64,000 bases of DNA, taken from Zancudomyces culisetae HAW-14-8 (lineage: Eukaryota > Fungi > Kickxellomycota). The translations under genes and the position numbers were made by a program. The first letter of the stretch is position 1, and every line of letters begins with the position of its first letter. A model generated the notes under the pieces. That model was not told the DNA's origin. It saw nothing but the letters and a program-made list of their open reading frames with translations, and made no database searches. Positions 23,519-36,243 of this stretch are shown here, piece after piece. The stretch covers positions 1 to 64,000 of the forward strand of contig JBNJNM010000007.1 in the NCBI GenBank assembly GCA_052426225.1. The letters are read 5' to 3'.

Positions 23519-26500
23519 TAAATTGACGACTACCAGTTATAATCGGACTACTACTGCCTAAACTGAGTAATAGACTTTATCGTTCTTTTATTATTTCTTT
23601 TTATAGATTTAGAATTGATTTAATTTAAAGTAGAATCAAATGCTAGAAATAAAATTTTAGTTAAAGAATGTTAAAATAAATGCGCCTGTAAGAGCATCTT
23701 TTTACTAGGACAAAGTACTATTTGTCAAGACGTTTGAAATGACTATCTCAGGTTAGTTACAAGGCAGGGGAAAACGTGAAAATCGTTGGAATAAGAAAAC
23801 CAATATCCACTTGACCTTATCACTTAGAAAGTTGGAAAAAAAATGATTGGAAAGTGTTCACATTTTCAGTTTTCGTATATACTTTCTTGCAATTATGCTA
23901 TTTTTTGGTTTTAGCGATAATTTTTTTATTTTCCTTTATCTCATTTCCACAATACATAACATATTTATTAATTAGTTAATGAGTTATGCTTACCCAATTA
24001 CAATTTCTTTACCAAGTTATTATAAATCAAAACACATAACTAGATTCACGTTTTTTTCAACTAATTCACTCTTTTCAATTTAGGTAAATTATTAAATCTG
24101 TAATATTATTGTTTAAATTTAGAAATCTTTAGTAACAATACATATATATAAAAATTAAACATGTAAAATTATAAATCAAAACTAAAAAACTAAATTAATT
24201 AAAATATTATCTCGACTAGTTTCTTTGTTGTATTAACTTTAACAACTTTTCTTTAGCAAGGTACTGAAGGGAATTAGATGGGAGTTTTATCTAATAAATC
24301 GCTTAATAGCAACAATTTTTGATTTCATTCAACTAAGCATATTATAAATATATAAATACATGAGCAAAAAATAACACTCACTCAAATAACATTGTATTAT
24401 AGCAGTAAATCCTTTTTTTTTTGTCGGCTATATTGCTGTGTTTTATCGCCAACACTGATCATACCATGTATGAGTACAGATTTTTGTTTTTGATATTTTG
24501 AAACCCATTCTACATATTTGTTAGTGCCAAAAGATTTATTATTTTTGTCAGCTAGGCCTGTCAACCATTTATCTTTTTTGGACAAAAGAAAAATAGTGAT
24601 ATTTTAGTATGGCAATAATTGGCAGATCAACAGGGTTATATTCTTCAATTGAACGTCTAGTATTTTGTATATAAATCAATGTCTGTAGCCAATATAAAAA
24701 AGTTGATGTCGTAACTATATAATAAACCCAAGACTCAGCTATTCTTGAATTTGATATTCTTACATTCACCATGATACTAAATACATCAAAAACAAAAATG
24801 GGGTAAAAATCAAACTGCAATACCCCTAAGAGCCAGTGATATGTAGTTTAATCTCGAGTACTACTTATATTTCTATGCTCATTAATAACAACAACAATAT
24901 ACCAGTTTATACTCTGAACATAACATTAATTATCCTTCTACTTACAAATTGTACTTAAGTTTGTTTGAATTTTGTACTTCGAACATTTTAATACCTGCAT
25001 ATAAATAAATAATCCGATAAAAGTAACATTTATTGACTTCAAATATACATTGCGAACTTTGTAATCAATAATTTACAGTAACTGGAATTCTATAACATAC
25101 TAGCATATTAAATTAGTGACTATCCTCATTGCTAATATTGGTGCAAAGCTATAATAAATAATGCAATAGAAAGTTTAACGTACAATGCAACATTCCATTG
25201 GATTTGGGTTTTTACTAGAACATCACATTTTTGTATGCCAAAAAAAAGTTATTTATTGTAGTTTTAAGTCGATTAAAACTGAGCATATAAAGGTTTACCA
25301 ACTGTTGTAACTACCTCAAATCCTATGTGATTCAGGCTCTAACATGAACTTTATAGAATCAAAAAATACAATGCTTACTGAGGCAACTTTAGCGTAACAG
25401 TGTGGGTTTTCATGGTTTGCGAACGATTTCAGTAGGGAAATGGTGAGCCTGCTGCTTCAATGAATCTGACGGTTGGCTTACAACAAATAATCATGTTCTG
25501 AAAAGAATCAATGACGCCAGAATAACAATGGTTCAGTTGATAGATAAATTAATACAAATATCATCGATCTTTTTTATCCGCTATTAAAACCTATTCACAC
25601 ACTGTAAAAAATTATAAGCTGAACTAAAGTTTTATCGTGTGTTCAAGCAATTAACCTACAAGAAGGATGTGGGTAGAGTATTGATAGATACTTTACACAT
25701 TGAATCTTCACATGCTAGACAAATTACTTGGGCGTGAATTATTGCATCTGTTTTTTTTTTTTGTTAAAAAGTTATATAAATTCAATACCCATACTGCGGT
25801 TATTTTTTCGCTTTGAATACTGCTAATCCTAAGGCTGATTTCTTAGTTTTCATGGTGGCTCTTAGCTCTGAATCGTGGTTTCATATTTATTGTGCCTTGG
25901 TTTAGTGGTGAAATTGCAGGTGTTCAGAGATGAACTTTCCGGTGATGGTAACTGGTTGAAATTCCATAATTTTTTATCTGCTTTTCTCCAAATAGCTACA
26001 TTTTTGCTATTAGGCTCAATCAGATTATTATTGGTGTACTGTTAAATGATTAACATTGGTTATGTAATACTCAAAACAATAAATACGATTTAAGCAATCA
26101 TTACTAAAGCGAGAACAATTCATCGTATTCTCATAGATCACAGTCAATATTCTCAATTTGGTTATGGAATAATTTTTTGCTCGATTTTTTATAAATAGTA
26201 AAATTAATATATTAGGTGCTACACTACGTCTGAGAAAATAAACCTCCAATTGCTCATTTAATATTTCTTGAATCGCTTTAATAATTTATCGAATAGTACC
26301 TGGCATAACTATTTTCAAATCAAACCATCAACAAAATTGTTCATTGGGCTATTAATTTAGTAATTTTAAGAACTTGAGTTCTGCTAAAGCGAAGTTTATA
26401 TTTTTGGTAAACTTTTGCATAATTTTATGTAATCAGCAAATAATTAGTTCTGTTACTCTCACATCCTGTAAAACCCGAATTACATAAACCCGCAGAATAT

Positions 26501-26849
26501 TAATGGGATGTAGTACACTTCACATGTTTTTGAAGTCTTTTTTGTAAAGAAAGAAGCTAAACTAGCTTTCATGTCCCCGTCGTTTAGTTTTATTTACAGG
26601 CATTTATTATAATGACCTTTTCTTATGTAAAACACTAAAGTTTTCAATTAATTCAAAAGATTACTATAGAATAACAGACGAGGAAGTATGCAAACTTAAC
26701 CTCCCAAACATCAAAAAGGGAAATACTCGAATTAAAGAGGTAGAAATAAAAATAATACTATATAACCCCAGAGTTGGGCATATGGTTGATTGCGATGAGT
26801 TCACCTCAACTTATTCGTTTCAAGGTTCTATTTTGAGATAGCTTTTATA

Positions 26850-29237
26850 ATGACGCAAACAAAAACTGAAAGCGAATACTACACCAGTAGCTTTGGCAAA
26901 CGGAAGAGCTCAAAACCAAACACCGAAAACGCCTATAAAAAACACATAATAAAGTTCAGGGTTAATATAAAAAAAAAAGTGTATAACAAGCCCAAAAATA
27001 GGATTTTGTATGGAAAGCTCAAGGGTATAGAAACGAAAATTAAAGCATTGGACGATCATGTCAATAAAACGAAAACTACCGCAAAGGAAAACGTCAATCA
27101 GCATATAAAAATTGTAACGCATAATTTGATGACAAAGGTTTGTACTATTGATATGAACATTCAAAATAACATTGATAGGGACTCAGAATATATAGTGTTA
27201 TCAAAACTTCTGCGAAATGTGATAGACGAGCTAATGGATAGGTTTATATATCGCTATCCCCTGCTTGTGAATGTTGTAAGGATTCCTCAGTTTATACAGA
27301 ATATAAAGAGTTCTCAATTGCCGAAACATGTGGTTTACATGCTTTTGCTGGTGGGGTCAACCTTATTAAAAAATGACAAGTTTTCTGATGAGTTTACTGA
27401 GGAGAGGCGTAAAAGAGCGTTAAAATATGTCACTGAATATATGGGAACGGTAATCAGTAATCCAGATTGCTTGAGTATATGGACAATGCTGGTTTTAGCC
27501 AGATACTATACTACACTAGGAATCCTGTCACAATTTAAAAAATACGTACACCTAGCAACCAGCTTGGCAATTTTAATGAAATTACATAGGGTTGATGAGT
27601 ATTGTATTAGAACACTAGCTAATCTGAGCGAGGATTTGACAGTGGAAAAAGAACTTAGACGACGTCTTTGGTGGTGCACATATATTTTTTCCGTATTATT
27701 ATCTGAAGCAGCAGCGGTTCAACCAGCTTTACAACTGAAGGATATACTTGTAAAATTACCCAGCAACGATCGTCTATGGCATACAAACTCAGGATTCACG
27801 CTACCAACAACAAACTCGACGAAAAGAGGTGACATGATTCTAAGCAGCCAAGGTGAATTCAAATTTGATACATTTGCTTCATATGTGATGCTATTCAGGA
27901 TAAGACATTTAAATGTAACTTTTATAAACCGGAGAGAGATTACAATAGCAAAGGACATGGATAAAGACTATCAGCGCTATTTGATAATGTTCACAAACTC
28001 CAGACAGTTTCAGGAGAGTGTCGTGGTAAAATTTCACAGTGAGTTGAAAAAAGTATTGGTATTTGGACTATGCAATCCAGATATAGTGAATGTAATGAAT
28101 ATTGAATACTTTATACTACGCTACTGTACATTTATTCTAAACACCTGTATAGCTAATATACACATCGCCACATCAGAGGTAGCTTACTATAAGAGTGTGG
28201 ATATCCCCCCAGAGAGGATAAAACTGGCTAAAATAGTACTAATTGAGAACACTATCCGCTTTACAGAGATATTTTATTGGCTAATGTCAAACTTTTCACT
28301 TGATAAGTTTGATGTGGAGCTAAATAACATGATTTTTAACGTTCTTAGACATCTCATGAACTTGGAATATGTAAAAGATCTAAATAGACTCAATGCAATC
28401 ATAAATGGAAAAAATGTACTATATGAATACCTTGAAAGGCTCAAATCAACATCTCAACTATCACAAACTTACATGTATATACTACTTGGATTTTCCAATC
28501 TTAAAAAGGGTTATGACAAGGCCAACGCCAAATTTAGAAACATACCACCAAATTTTGCAATGAAAATGCTTTCACCATATGACTATAATCCATGGTTTGT
28601 TCCAACTGGAAGCAGCTTTCTCAAAAAGTTATGCTGTAATAATACAGAAAATCCAAAGATACACGACCCGTTCCTGTTGAGTAGGATTACTGGAAAAAAA
28701 GGTTTGGATAGAAATAATGCATTTTCATCACGATTTATTAAGGAAGCTAGTAAAAAGCGATTTGTATTGGCGGTTGACTTGAAAGTAATAAGAAATGAAC
28801 TAAAAGAGCACGATTTATCACTTGATGAGCTGAGTACCTCAAAACAGACATCTGAAAAACACAGTGCTCACAGTACCAATGATTCAACCTTGGATGATGA
28901 TCCTCAAGACTTTTATGTAAAATTTGCCAACTTTGATACACGACCTCAGAATATCACGCTGCTTAGTCAATGTAAAAAATTGATTGAGAGTGTATTTTAT
29001 CCAATTTTGAGTGCAAACGCTAAACCTATGTATAAAAACCAGTCTCCAACACTTGAGCAAAATCTCACCATTTCCAGCTATAAGAAAGCTTTTTCGAGCT
29101 TTAATTTTACTGAATTGTTGTACAGCCCCATCGAACAAGCACAGAGAGGTGATAAAACTCGTGGGTGTGAATTCCTATACAAGAACAACAATCACGCTAG
29201 GTTTGGTTCGGCTATTAACTCTATGATTGATGATTAA
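26850..29237 (+). CDS. Fungal-specific transcription factor domain (Fungal_trans/MHR) protein, no Zn2Cys6 cluster visible
   Basis: LATSLAILMKLHRVD..ELRRRLWWCTYI..ILVKLPSNDRLW; 795-aa open frame. Confidence 0.85.
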   Translation: MTQTKTESEYYTSSFGKRKSSKPNTENAYKKHIIKFRVNIKKKVYNKPKNRILYGKLKGIETKIKALDDHVNKTKTTAKENVNQHIKIVTHNLMTKVCTIDMNIQNNIDRDSEYIVLSKLLRNVIDELMDRFIYRYPLLVNVVRIPQFIQNIKSSQLPKHVVYMLLLVGSTLLKNDKFSDEFTEERRKRALKYVTEYMGTVISNPDCLSIWTMLVLARYYTTLGILSQFKKYVHLATSLAILMKLHRVDEYCIRTLANLSEDLTVEKELRRRLWWCTYIFSVLLSEAAAVQPALQLKDILVKLPSNDRLWHTNSGFTLPTTNSTKRGDMILSSQGEFKFDTFASYVMLFRIRHLNVTFINRREITIAKDMDKDYQRYLIMFTNSRQFQESVVVKFHSELKKVLVFGLCNPDIVNVMNIEYFILRYCTFILNTCIANIHIATSEVAYYKSVDIPPERIKLAKIVLIENTIRFTEIFYWLMSNFSLDKFDVELNNMIFNVLRHLMNLEYVKDLNRLNAIINGKNVLYEYLERLKSTSQLSQTYMYILLGFSNLKKGYDKANAKFRNIPPNFAMKMLSPYDYNPWFVPTGSSFLKKLCCNNTENPKIHDPFLLSRITGKKGLDRNNAFSSRFIKEASKKRFVLAVDLKVIRNELKEHDLSLDELSTSKQTSEKHSAHSTNDSTLDDDPQDFYVKFANFDTRPQNITLLSQCKKLIESVFYPILSANAKPMYKNQSPTLEQNLTISSYKKAFSSFNFTELLYSPIEQAQRGDKTRGCEFLYKNNNHARFGSAINSMIDD

Positions 29238-29877
29238 TCTTATAGACTTATGGTAGAAGTTGAGTTTAGTTCTGAAGTCACGTTCACCGATTTATTCGAT
29301 ACGTTTTGATAACCATTTAAAGAGCTGTTGTATTTTTTATTAATATATGTATATATCAGGGTAATTTAATAACACTGGTATTACTTTTTGGTATTTTTCG
29401 TATTTTTAACTTCCAGATACCAATAATTAGTGATTAGAGCTGCCATACAATAATTAAAAATATTAGGAATAATTAATAAAAAAGATGACCTGAGTTAACT
29501 GTGGTTTTCTGTGGTTTATTGTTAAAACAGTGCATTAAAACTTCCACTATTTTGACTACTCCAAAAACATATCATTAAGACAGCTCGACTCCATAATATT
29601 ATTTTTTCTGTGTGCTTGTAAAAAACGTATTATTTCATTTCAAGAGTTGTTTGAATGTGTAAGTGTGTCAGTATAACAAGGTGGACTCAATTGTAGCTAA
29701 TATATACTTGAGAATTCTGTATCTTACTGATTTGTACTCTGAAATAGATAATTTGAGTAAAATATTTTAGATAACAAAGCTCTTTTGTTAAGCAAAAAAA
29801 TAGCGAACTGTCGGATGAGATTGGGTGATACCTCATTCTTTGTCGGGAAATTCGTTTATAAAAAAACGTGATCCATG

Positions 29878-30102
29878 CTATTGTCGGACGTGGCTGGACT
29901 GGCCACGCTCCTTAGTCGGGTTTCTCATGGAATCCATCTCTCTTTGAACCACTCCTTCAAGAAAAGAGAATGGATCACGTGACGCTCCCGGTTCTATTTC
30001 CATAGAAGTAGCTTCGGAACGATCACTATCCGAGGAGTACCGCCCCTCATCCTTGAATCCCTGGATGATGGCAGCGCGCAGATGACCCATAAGACCTGAC
30101 AT
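29878..30102 (-). CDS. Family A small protein, copy A3 (74 aa)
   Basis: MSGLMGHLR..EGRYSSDSDRSEATSMEIEP..MRNPT; GC-richer than its flanks. Confidence 0.78.
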   Translation of the reverse strand: MSGLMGHLRAAIIQGFKDEGRYSSDSDRSEATSMEIEPGASRDPFSFLEGVVQREMDSMRNPTKERGQSSHVRQ

Positions 30103-31140
30103 GAGATTTTAGTAATTTTAAACTTTTAGCCGTAGCACTATTATATGATTATATTAATTTTCAATAAACTTGTATTAAACAGAATCCTTCTTGTTCAATG
30201 TCTTTATTTCTTACTTTTGTGAATATGTTTTAAACTACTAAAAGAGCTAAAGAGACTCCTAATGAGATCTCTTTGGCTTTTATATATGTTAATTGCTAAT
30301 TTTAAAACTATTACTAATCTTATCCTATTAATATTTAACATATCCGCTATCTCTTCATATTATGCTTTGTGGTCGTCCTCATAGTTTGACTCATTTTTCA
30401 TAGTCGATTAAATACTCTTTAATTTAATTAAATATACTAATAATAATAAATTCTTTTTATGTCCTTATTTCATTTTGTAATTGTTCTCGGATTTTTGATC
30501 TGACTATTTCCTTCATTTTATGATCAGAAATAATCTTCATATTTTTGATTGTTAATGGTTAAATAAAATTCATTTCATTTTTAGATAATTGAATAATTTC
30601 CTTTGAATATTTATATATTCCCAAGAAATCGGATTAAGTTGGAATTCAACCCAGAACACACGACACGTTATTCATTTTTCTAATTTATGTGATTATAATT
30701 TTTTATTGAACTTTAGAATTGTCATTATAGTAGTTGAGTTTTTAAAACTTTTTGGTTGATTTTATTTATTATTAAGTTTAGTTATTTTTGATTTCTCAGT
30801 TTTGACCCTGTGTCCCGATCTAACTCCGGGTACACAAATCAGGCAATAGATTGGTATAAATTAACTAAATTGGCTCTGTATCCGATATTTGTTTTTAGTA
30901 TATTCATCTTAATTAAAAGCTAATCTATATTTTATTCCTATATAACGCAATGCTTACTTAACCATACAAATGGATTCTCATTAATTGCACGTATTTAAAT
31001 TCAGAAATTTTGTGCTATTCCGAACAAACTAACTTTCAACTTTAACTCTTTTATTTTGTATTTGGTATTAGTGTACTTTCAAATTCTAAGTTCAATAAAT
31101 AGGACAATACAGCAATAAAATGTTTTAAAGTATTAGCTCT

Positions 31141-31566
31141 TTAGATATTTCTAGGTACTGGATTAAGCCAAAGTACTGATTTTGCTCGCCCTCCGAGGTC
31201 ACCATCCATGTTCCCAGGATATAACCATTGACTTCTCAGGTTGCTTCTTCCTTTTCCCATACAATTATCTTCGGTGAAGAACATGATTTTACCTTCACCA
31301 GGTTCACCACCATCAAGAACGCATGAATTAATGTTAGGCAAATTATAGCAGCGATTTGGTTTTACTGTTTTTGTGCCAACCTCGTCTTTATAGAAGTTTG
31401 TATTAAACATTTTGATTTCCAAAGTTCTTGCGTGGCAACACTCAAGGCTATTTGGTCTATTGTTACCGTATCCGTTAGCATCAGCCATGGGAGCGTTTGG
31501 AATGTTGGCACCGGCTACAAAACTTGAGGCAATCAAAAGTGCGCTTGTCAACTGAATGTTCACCAT
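31141..31566 (-). CDS. Family B secreted protein, copy B3
   Basis: Signal peptide; CYNLPNINSCVLDGGEPGEG..NCMG..GGRAKSVLW. Confidence 0.88.
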   Translation of the reverse strand: MVNIQLTSALLIASSFVAGANIPNAPMADANGYGNNRPNSLECCHARTLEIKMFNTNFYKDEVGTKTVKPNRCYNLPNINSCVLDGGEPGEGKIMFFTEDNCMGKGRSNLRSQWLYPGNMDGDLGGRAKSVLWLNPVPRNI

Positions 31567-31667
31567 TTTTAGTTTTTAAGTTTTCTAAGTCTAATTTCTT
31601 TCTCTCTAGGATATAGTTCTAAATACTTTTGGAGTGAGAAGAAATTAGTTTTGGAAGAAACCCTGGT

Positions 31668-31677
31668 CTATTTATAC
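31668..31677 (-). promoter_or_regulatory. TATA box of B3
   Basis: GTATAAATAG on the minus strand, 111 bp upstream of the ATG. Confidence 0.75.
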
Positions 31678-33701
31678 TTTTTCTTTGTGGAAATGAAACC
31701 ACCATATGTATTTTTAAACTGTAGATTGAATTAATTGTTACACATCCTTCTAGTATTACGTTTATGAAATTTTAGTACTATGTTGGTGTACATCATGTTG
31801 GTGATCAAAAGTTAGTATTTCATAGTGTCTATACTTGGTTCTAGTAGTTTGCACATGTACATAATAACCATTGTTGCTTATACTGCATTAAATAAGAAAT
31901 AATTATGAAATACGTGTATAAAAATAATATTATTTCGGATAATTGTATTTCTTTTCAAAACTTGACGTTCATAATAATAGTTATGCGTACTGGAATAATC
32001 TTTTTTAGTACATTTTTGAGTTGCAGATCGTTATACTTATACTTAACTGAGTACATTTTCAATAAATGAATAAAATAATCGTCAAGCCAATGAAGATACT
32101 TTAAAACCCTTTGTATTTAAAAATAAAATTAGTTTAAATGATCACCCAAAAACTCAACTTTTGGGTCATTCATAATAATATAACGTGAGTTACAGAAATA
32201 AATTCTGGCCATTTTGCTTATAAAATACTCCTTGTTAATATTATGATAGTATGCATATTACCTTTTAAATCATTTATTACCATTTTCTGAATCAATTTTA
32301 AGTTTCGGTTAGGTTTAATGGACAGTTTTGTGCAGAGTAAAATACTAAAAAAGAGTAAAGTAAAAAAATAAGAATACCAATAGGTTCAGGGGGATTAAAA
32401 TTTCTGGATTTGCATCTAGTAAAGGAAATTGCATAATAAAGTTCTTTATTAGTGCAGTCTTACAAAAGTTAATAGAAAGTCAACAAACCAAATCATTATA
32501 TAGTTTATTTTTGATTATGGACAGAATAGGGATAAATGAGCTGCAAATGCCTAAAGTGTAAGTGACTACGTGTTTAGGTGAATAGGAATTTAATACATTG
32601 GTATGCGCTAATATTGGATTAATTCTAGCCTCGGGAAATAATAAATATGTTTTATAGGACATTTATTTAGCTCAATTGAAAATTAAACGCTATTGCCCCT
32701 AAACACTAATATCAGCGTAGGAAAAATAGAAAATAAAAAAAACTAGTTTATTGTTATTATTTTATTAGGTACAAAACCTACTCATAAAGGTTAACTAATA
32801 CAAGGTTTGAGCAAGCGTTTTTCAGAAATTTTTCTATTACTTTTAAGAATCTTATAGTAAACAGTGCTAATTTATAGAAAACTCACCTCTTACAACTTGC
32901 TTTTTAATAATAGTAAAAATTTTCTAAACTTTGGCTAACACAAATATGATTACGGTAATAAAGATGATAGCAAAGTACAACCGACAAAAAATATCTTCAA
33001 ATGAGGATTTTGGTGGACAATACTACAATGATATTATAAATTGCACTCAGTAGATTGCTATGCAAGTTGAATGCTATTCTCGTTATTCGACTTCATAAGA
33101 TAGTATTCAATCCATTTTTGAGTGATAAATTGTATAATATCAGTATTTTTGATCTACTAAAAGTACGCTTTTATTGCGTTTCTTAAATATATCATAGATT
33201 ATTGGTCTTAAACTACCTATTTTCAAATTACGTGTGCAAAAATGGTGTGCATGAACTCTGACAGCTGTGATTCGATTTGACGTTATTGCTTTTAAAGTGG
33301 TACAGACATGCAATGAAACACAAAAGGTATACTTCCAACCATTATAAGTTCTCATATGATGTATACAAAGACCACTGAGTGAGTGTATTTTGATTGGTAT
33401 CACATGTATCTTTATAAAATAATAATCCTCAGATATAAGCAAATATTTGAATTGGCAGCAGATTAAAGATAGAAGCATGTGTCTACGAGAATATGTTTTC
33501 ATAAATAATTCAAAAATCGTTTATTTGATAATTAGTAATGCTGATGCACAAACTTTACTCAAAATCTATAAACACTATTTATAAAATGGCGTAAAATCTG
33601 TAAAAAATATATATAATCATTTCCAGTAAACGAATTCCAAGAACACACTTGAGTACTAGATGATAATATCAAAAGCTATACCTATTTGAGTTGGTCATAA
33701 A

Positions 33702-34050
33702 AGTATAGACGTACTTTTTGCAGTTTCCTATGCTGAACCCAACACACTATCTACAGGATGGATTGAATAACAGATAGTAGAGGTATCAAACAGTTAAAAT
33801 TTGGGAGTCACAAGATGATTAGAACTAGGCACAAGTGGTCTAATATTTTTGAAAAAAACGTGTTAAGCATAATTATTTTCTTTTTAGATACTGCAATGGT
33901 GTTTGTTGAACTATCTGCAATCAATTAAGTGGAATCGTAACTATATCCAAGCAATTCTGCTGGAGTAATTTCATGTTGAAATGTTAATTCGCTGAAATAT
34001 TCTCTACAATGAGCCCTATTTTACGCAAAAAGTCTTATTATTACAGTATA
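33702..34050 (+). pseudogene. Highly degraded type-B carboxylesterase-like relic
   Basis: Fragments in the expected order: IDVLFAVSYAEP (cf. FLGIPYAEP), LQW..N, VTI..NSAGVISC (cf. VTIFGESAG), YFTQKVLLLQ. Confidence 0.4.
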
Positions 34051-36243
34051 ACTGTATTTTGGGTTTATTACAAATAAAACACAATAAATTTAGTGTAACT
34101 GCCTCGTTTGGCATTTTTCATATATCAAAAAAATAGTATAAGCTATAAAGAGACATCGAGTACAAGTTCTAGTAATATGGTGAAATCCATGTTACTGAAA
34201 CTTCAGTTTTGTTTCCGAGATCTGCAAAAATATCTGGCAATCCATTTGATAATCTTTTGGGCACCACTCTATATTTACCAGCGCTCTCTCCGTTTGCACA
34301 TGCCACAAAAGCACCTTTATAGCTATTAAAATATTCTGTTTTAAGAGAATAGACGCTTTCTACATTGTAGCACTTGTTTGCTCTTATAAAAATGTTACGT
34401 AGGGTCGTATTAAAATTTGTAGCACTAAACAGCTCTACTTTTTAATCACAAGTTCTTTATTTCTTTTTATTTAAAGCTCTTAACTTTACATTTAGTTTGT
34501 AATTACTCAACAAATTATGATTAACTGTTAAAGCTCGAAATCTTGGAGAGAGCTGACTAGGGCTATACTCATTAAAAGCGAACCAAATACAATTCTTTCA
34601 AGCATTTTTTCACTCATTTTGGTAACTGTAGTTGTTATACACAGATGGTTTTAGAAATAATTCGAATTTAATTATATAGTTTATTATTTATTCAGATATG
34701 ATAAACACTACTAGTAAAATAGCTCAAGAATAGATAATATTGTACTGACACTAGACTGGATAAACCAAAATATATCCCAAAATGATGTGGAAAACGCAAT
34801 TTTTGATTTAATCTAGTCCTATTTAATAAAGCGTTTTTTTTATGCTCAAGTTACATTTCTCAGCCGCATATTATAAAAAGTAAGAGTAATATTGATAAAA
34901 ATAAAAAGACAGTACAAATTCTCATAAACGTTCTTCCATTTCAGTAATACAGCTTTTAATTAGCTTTGCCTGTAATGATGATCACTTGAAACATTGTAGA
35001 TTCCTTTAACAAATCCTATGACTTGAGACTAATTACAGTATTTAATATCTTTGTATTTGTACAGCAAACGTCTAGTATCAGCTGTAAAATCCACGCTTAC
35101 TTTCTTGTTTTTCTTGTCTAAACCTGTGGGTGCAGATCATAATTTAGACTCTACAGAAACTCTAGGCTCCTATGTTACTCTTTTAGTGGGACTTTCAGCT
35201 TAAAACAGGATAAACACATTTTTATATTTCAGGCATTGCTATTATCGTAAAAATTAATGCTTTAAACTGATACTGACGCATTTTTAATAAAAATAATATC
35301 AAAATAGTACCCTTATCATTTCATTTATATCACAATTCTATTTTAATTGGTTATCCTGTTGGATTATAAAAATTTCTATTATTTACCAACGGCATTCACG
35401 AGCCTTGAAGAGTTAGTATGAAAATTTAAGCACACTTAGCCAAAAAAAATGTGCAAAAAATGCAAGCAATGTACACTTGTGATAGCTTTGCGGAAGTAGC
35501 GCCAGTATTTTGTTGTTTTTGACAAATTTGGTAAAGATAGTTGCTTCTAAAATTTTATTGATCAATTTGGAGTTTATGGCACGGAGGACATAGGTGTGAT
35601 GATCAAATTGGTACCAAAATAACTTTTAAATCACCAGATATGGATGCAAAGTATCCCATCCCCCTTGTTTTGATACAATCACTAACTGTATGTGTTATAA
35701 ACTCATATGTCTTTTTTTAATTACAATAGTACTTGGAATGTCATGTTTGTATTTGAAAAACTGCTTCAGTGTCGAATTGTGGGTGTTGATGATGAAAATC
35801 GGTGTAACTTTTTTTGAATATTCGACATATTATTGCACTTTGTTGCATACACGATGAGTCCACCTCAGTTGGAATTGATTCCTTTTGAATGGGCCAATTC
35901 TCTTTATTCTTTTTTTCTTAACATTTAAACATTCAAAAAGCCATAAAAATAATCCCAATAGCCTCTTTTTCAAGTACATTTGTAGCATTTATAGTACAAT
36001 AAGTTCACCTTGTTTATTCTCAAATTAATGTGAAACAATCTTTTGAACTCTCACCTTCCCATACTTTACCTTTTAACTTTATTTATAGAATATGGCCCTG
36101 GTATGAAGCGAACAGCTGCTAATTTTTATCCATTTATTTTTTATATAATCATATGAAACTTCAATTAACTATGCAACTAGAATAAGAAAAAATGACAGCC
36201 CAAGTAGCATAATAGACTCAAAAAAATACCATCACTAAAATTA

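Noticed and set aside
24397-24820. Two adjacent minus-strand ORFs, possibly a membrane-protein pseudogene
   Set aside because: Non-ATG starts and no recognisable motif; cannot support a call.
30241-30282. Imperfect hairpin upstream of A3
   Set aside because: Not seen upstream of A1 or A2; AT-rich and plausibly chance.
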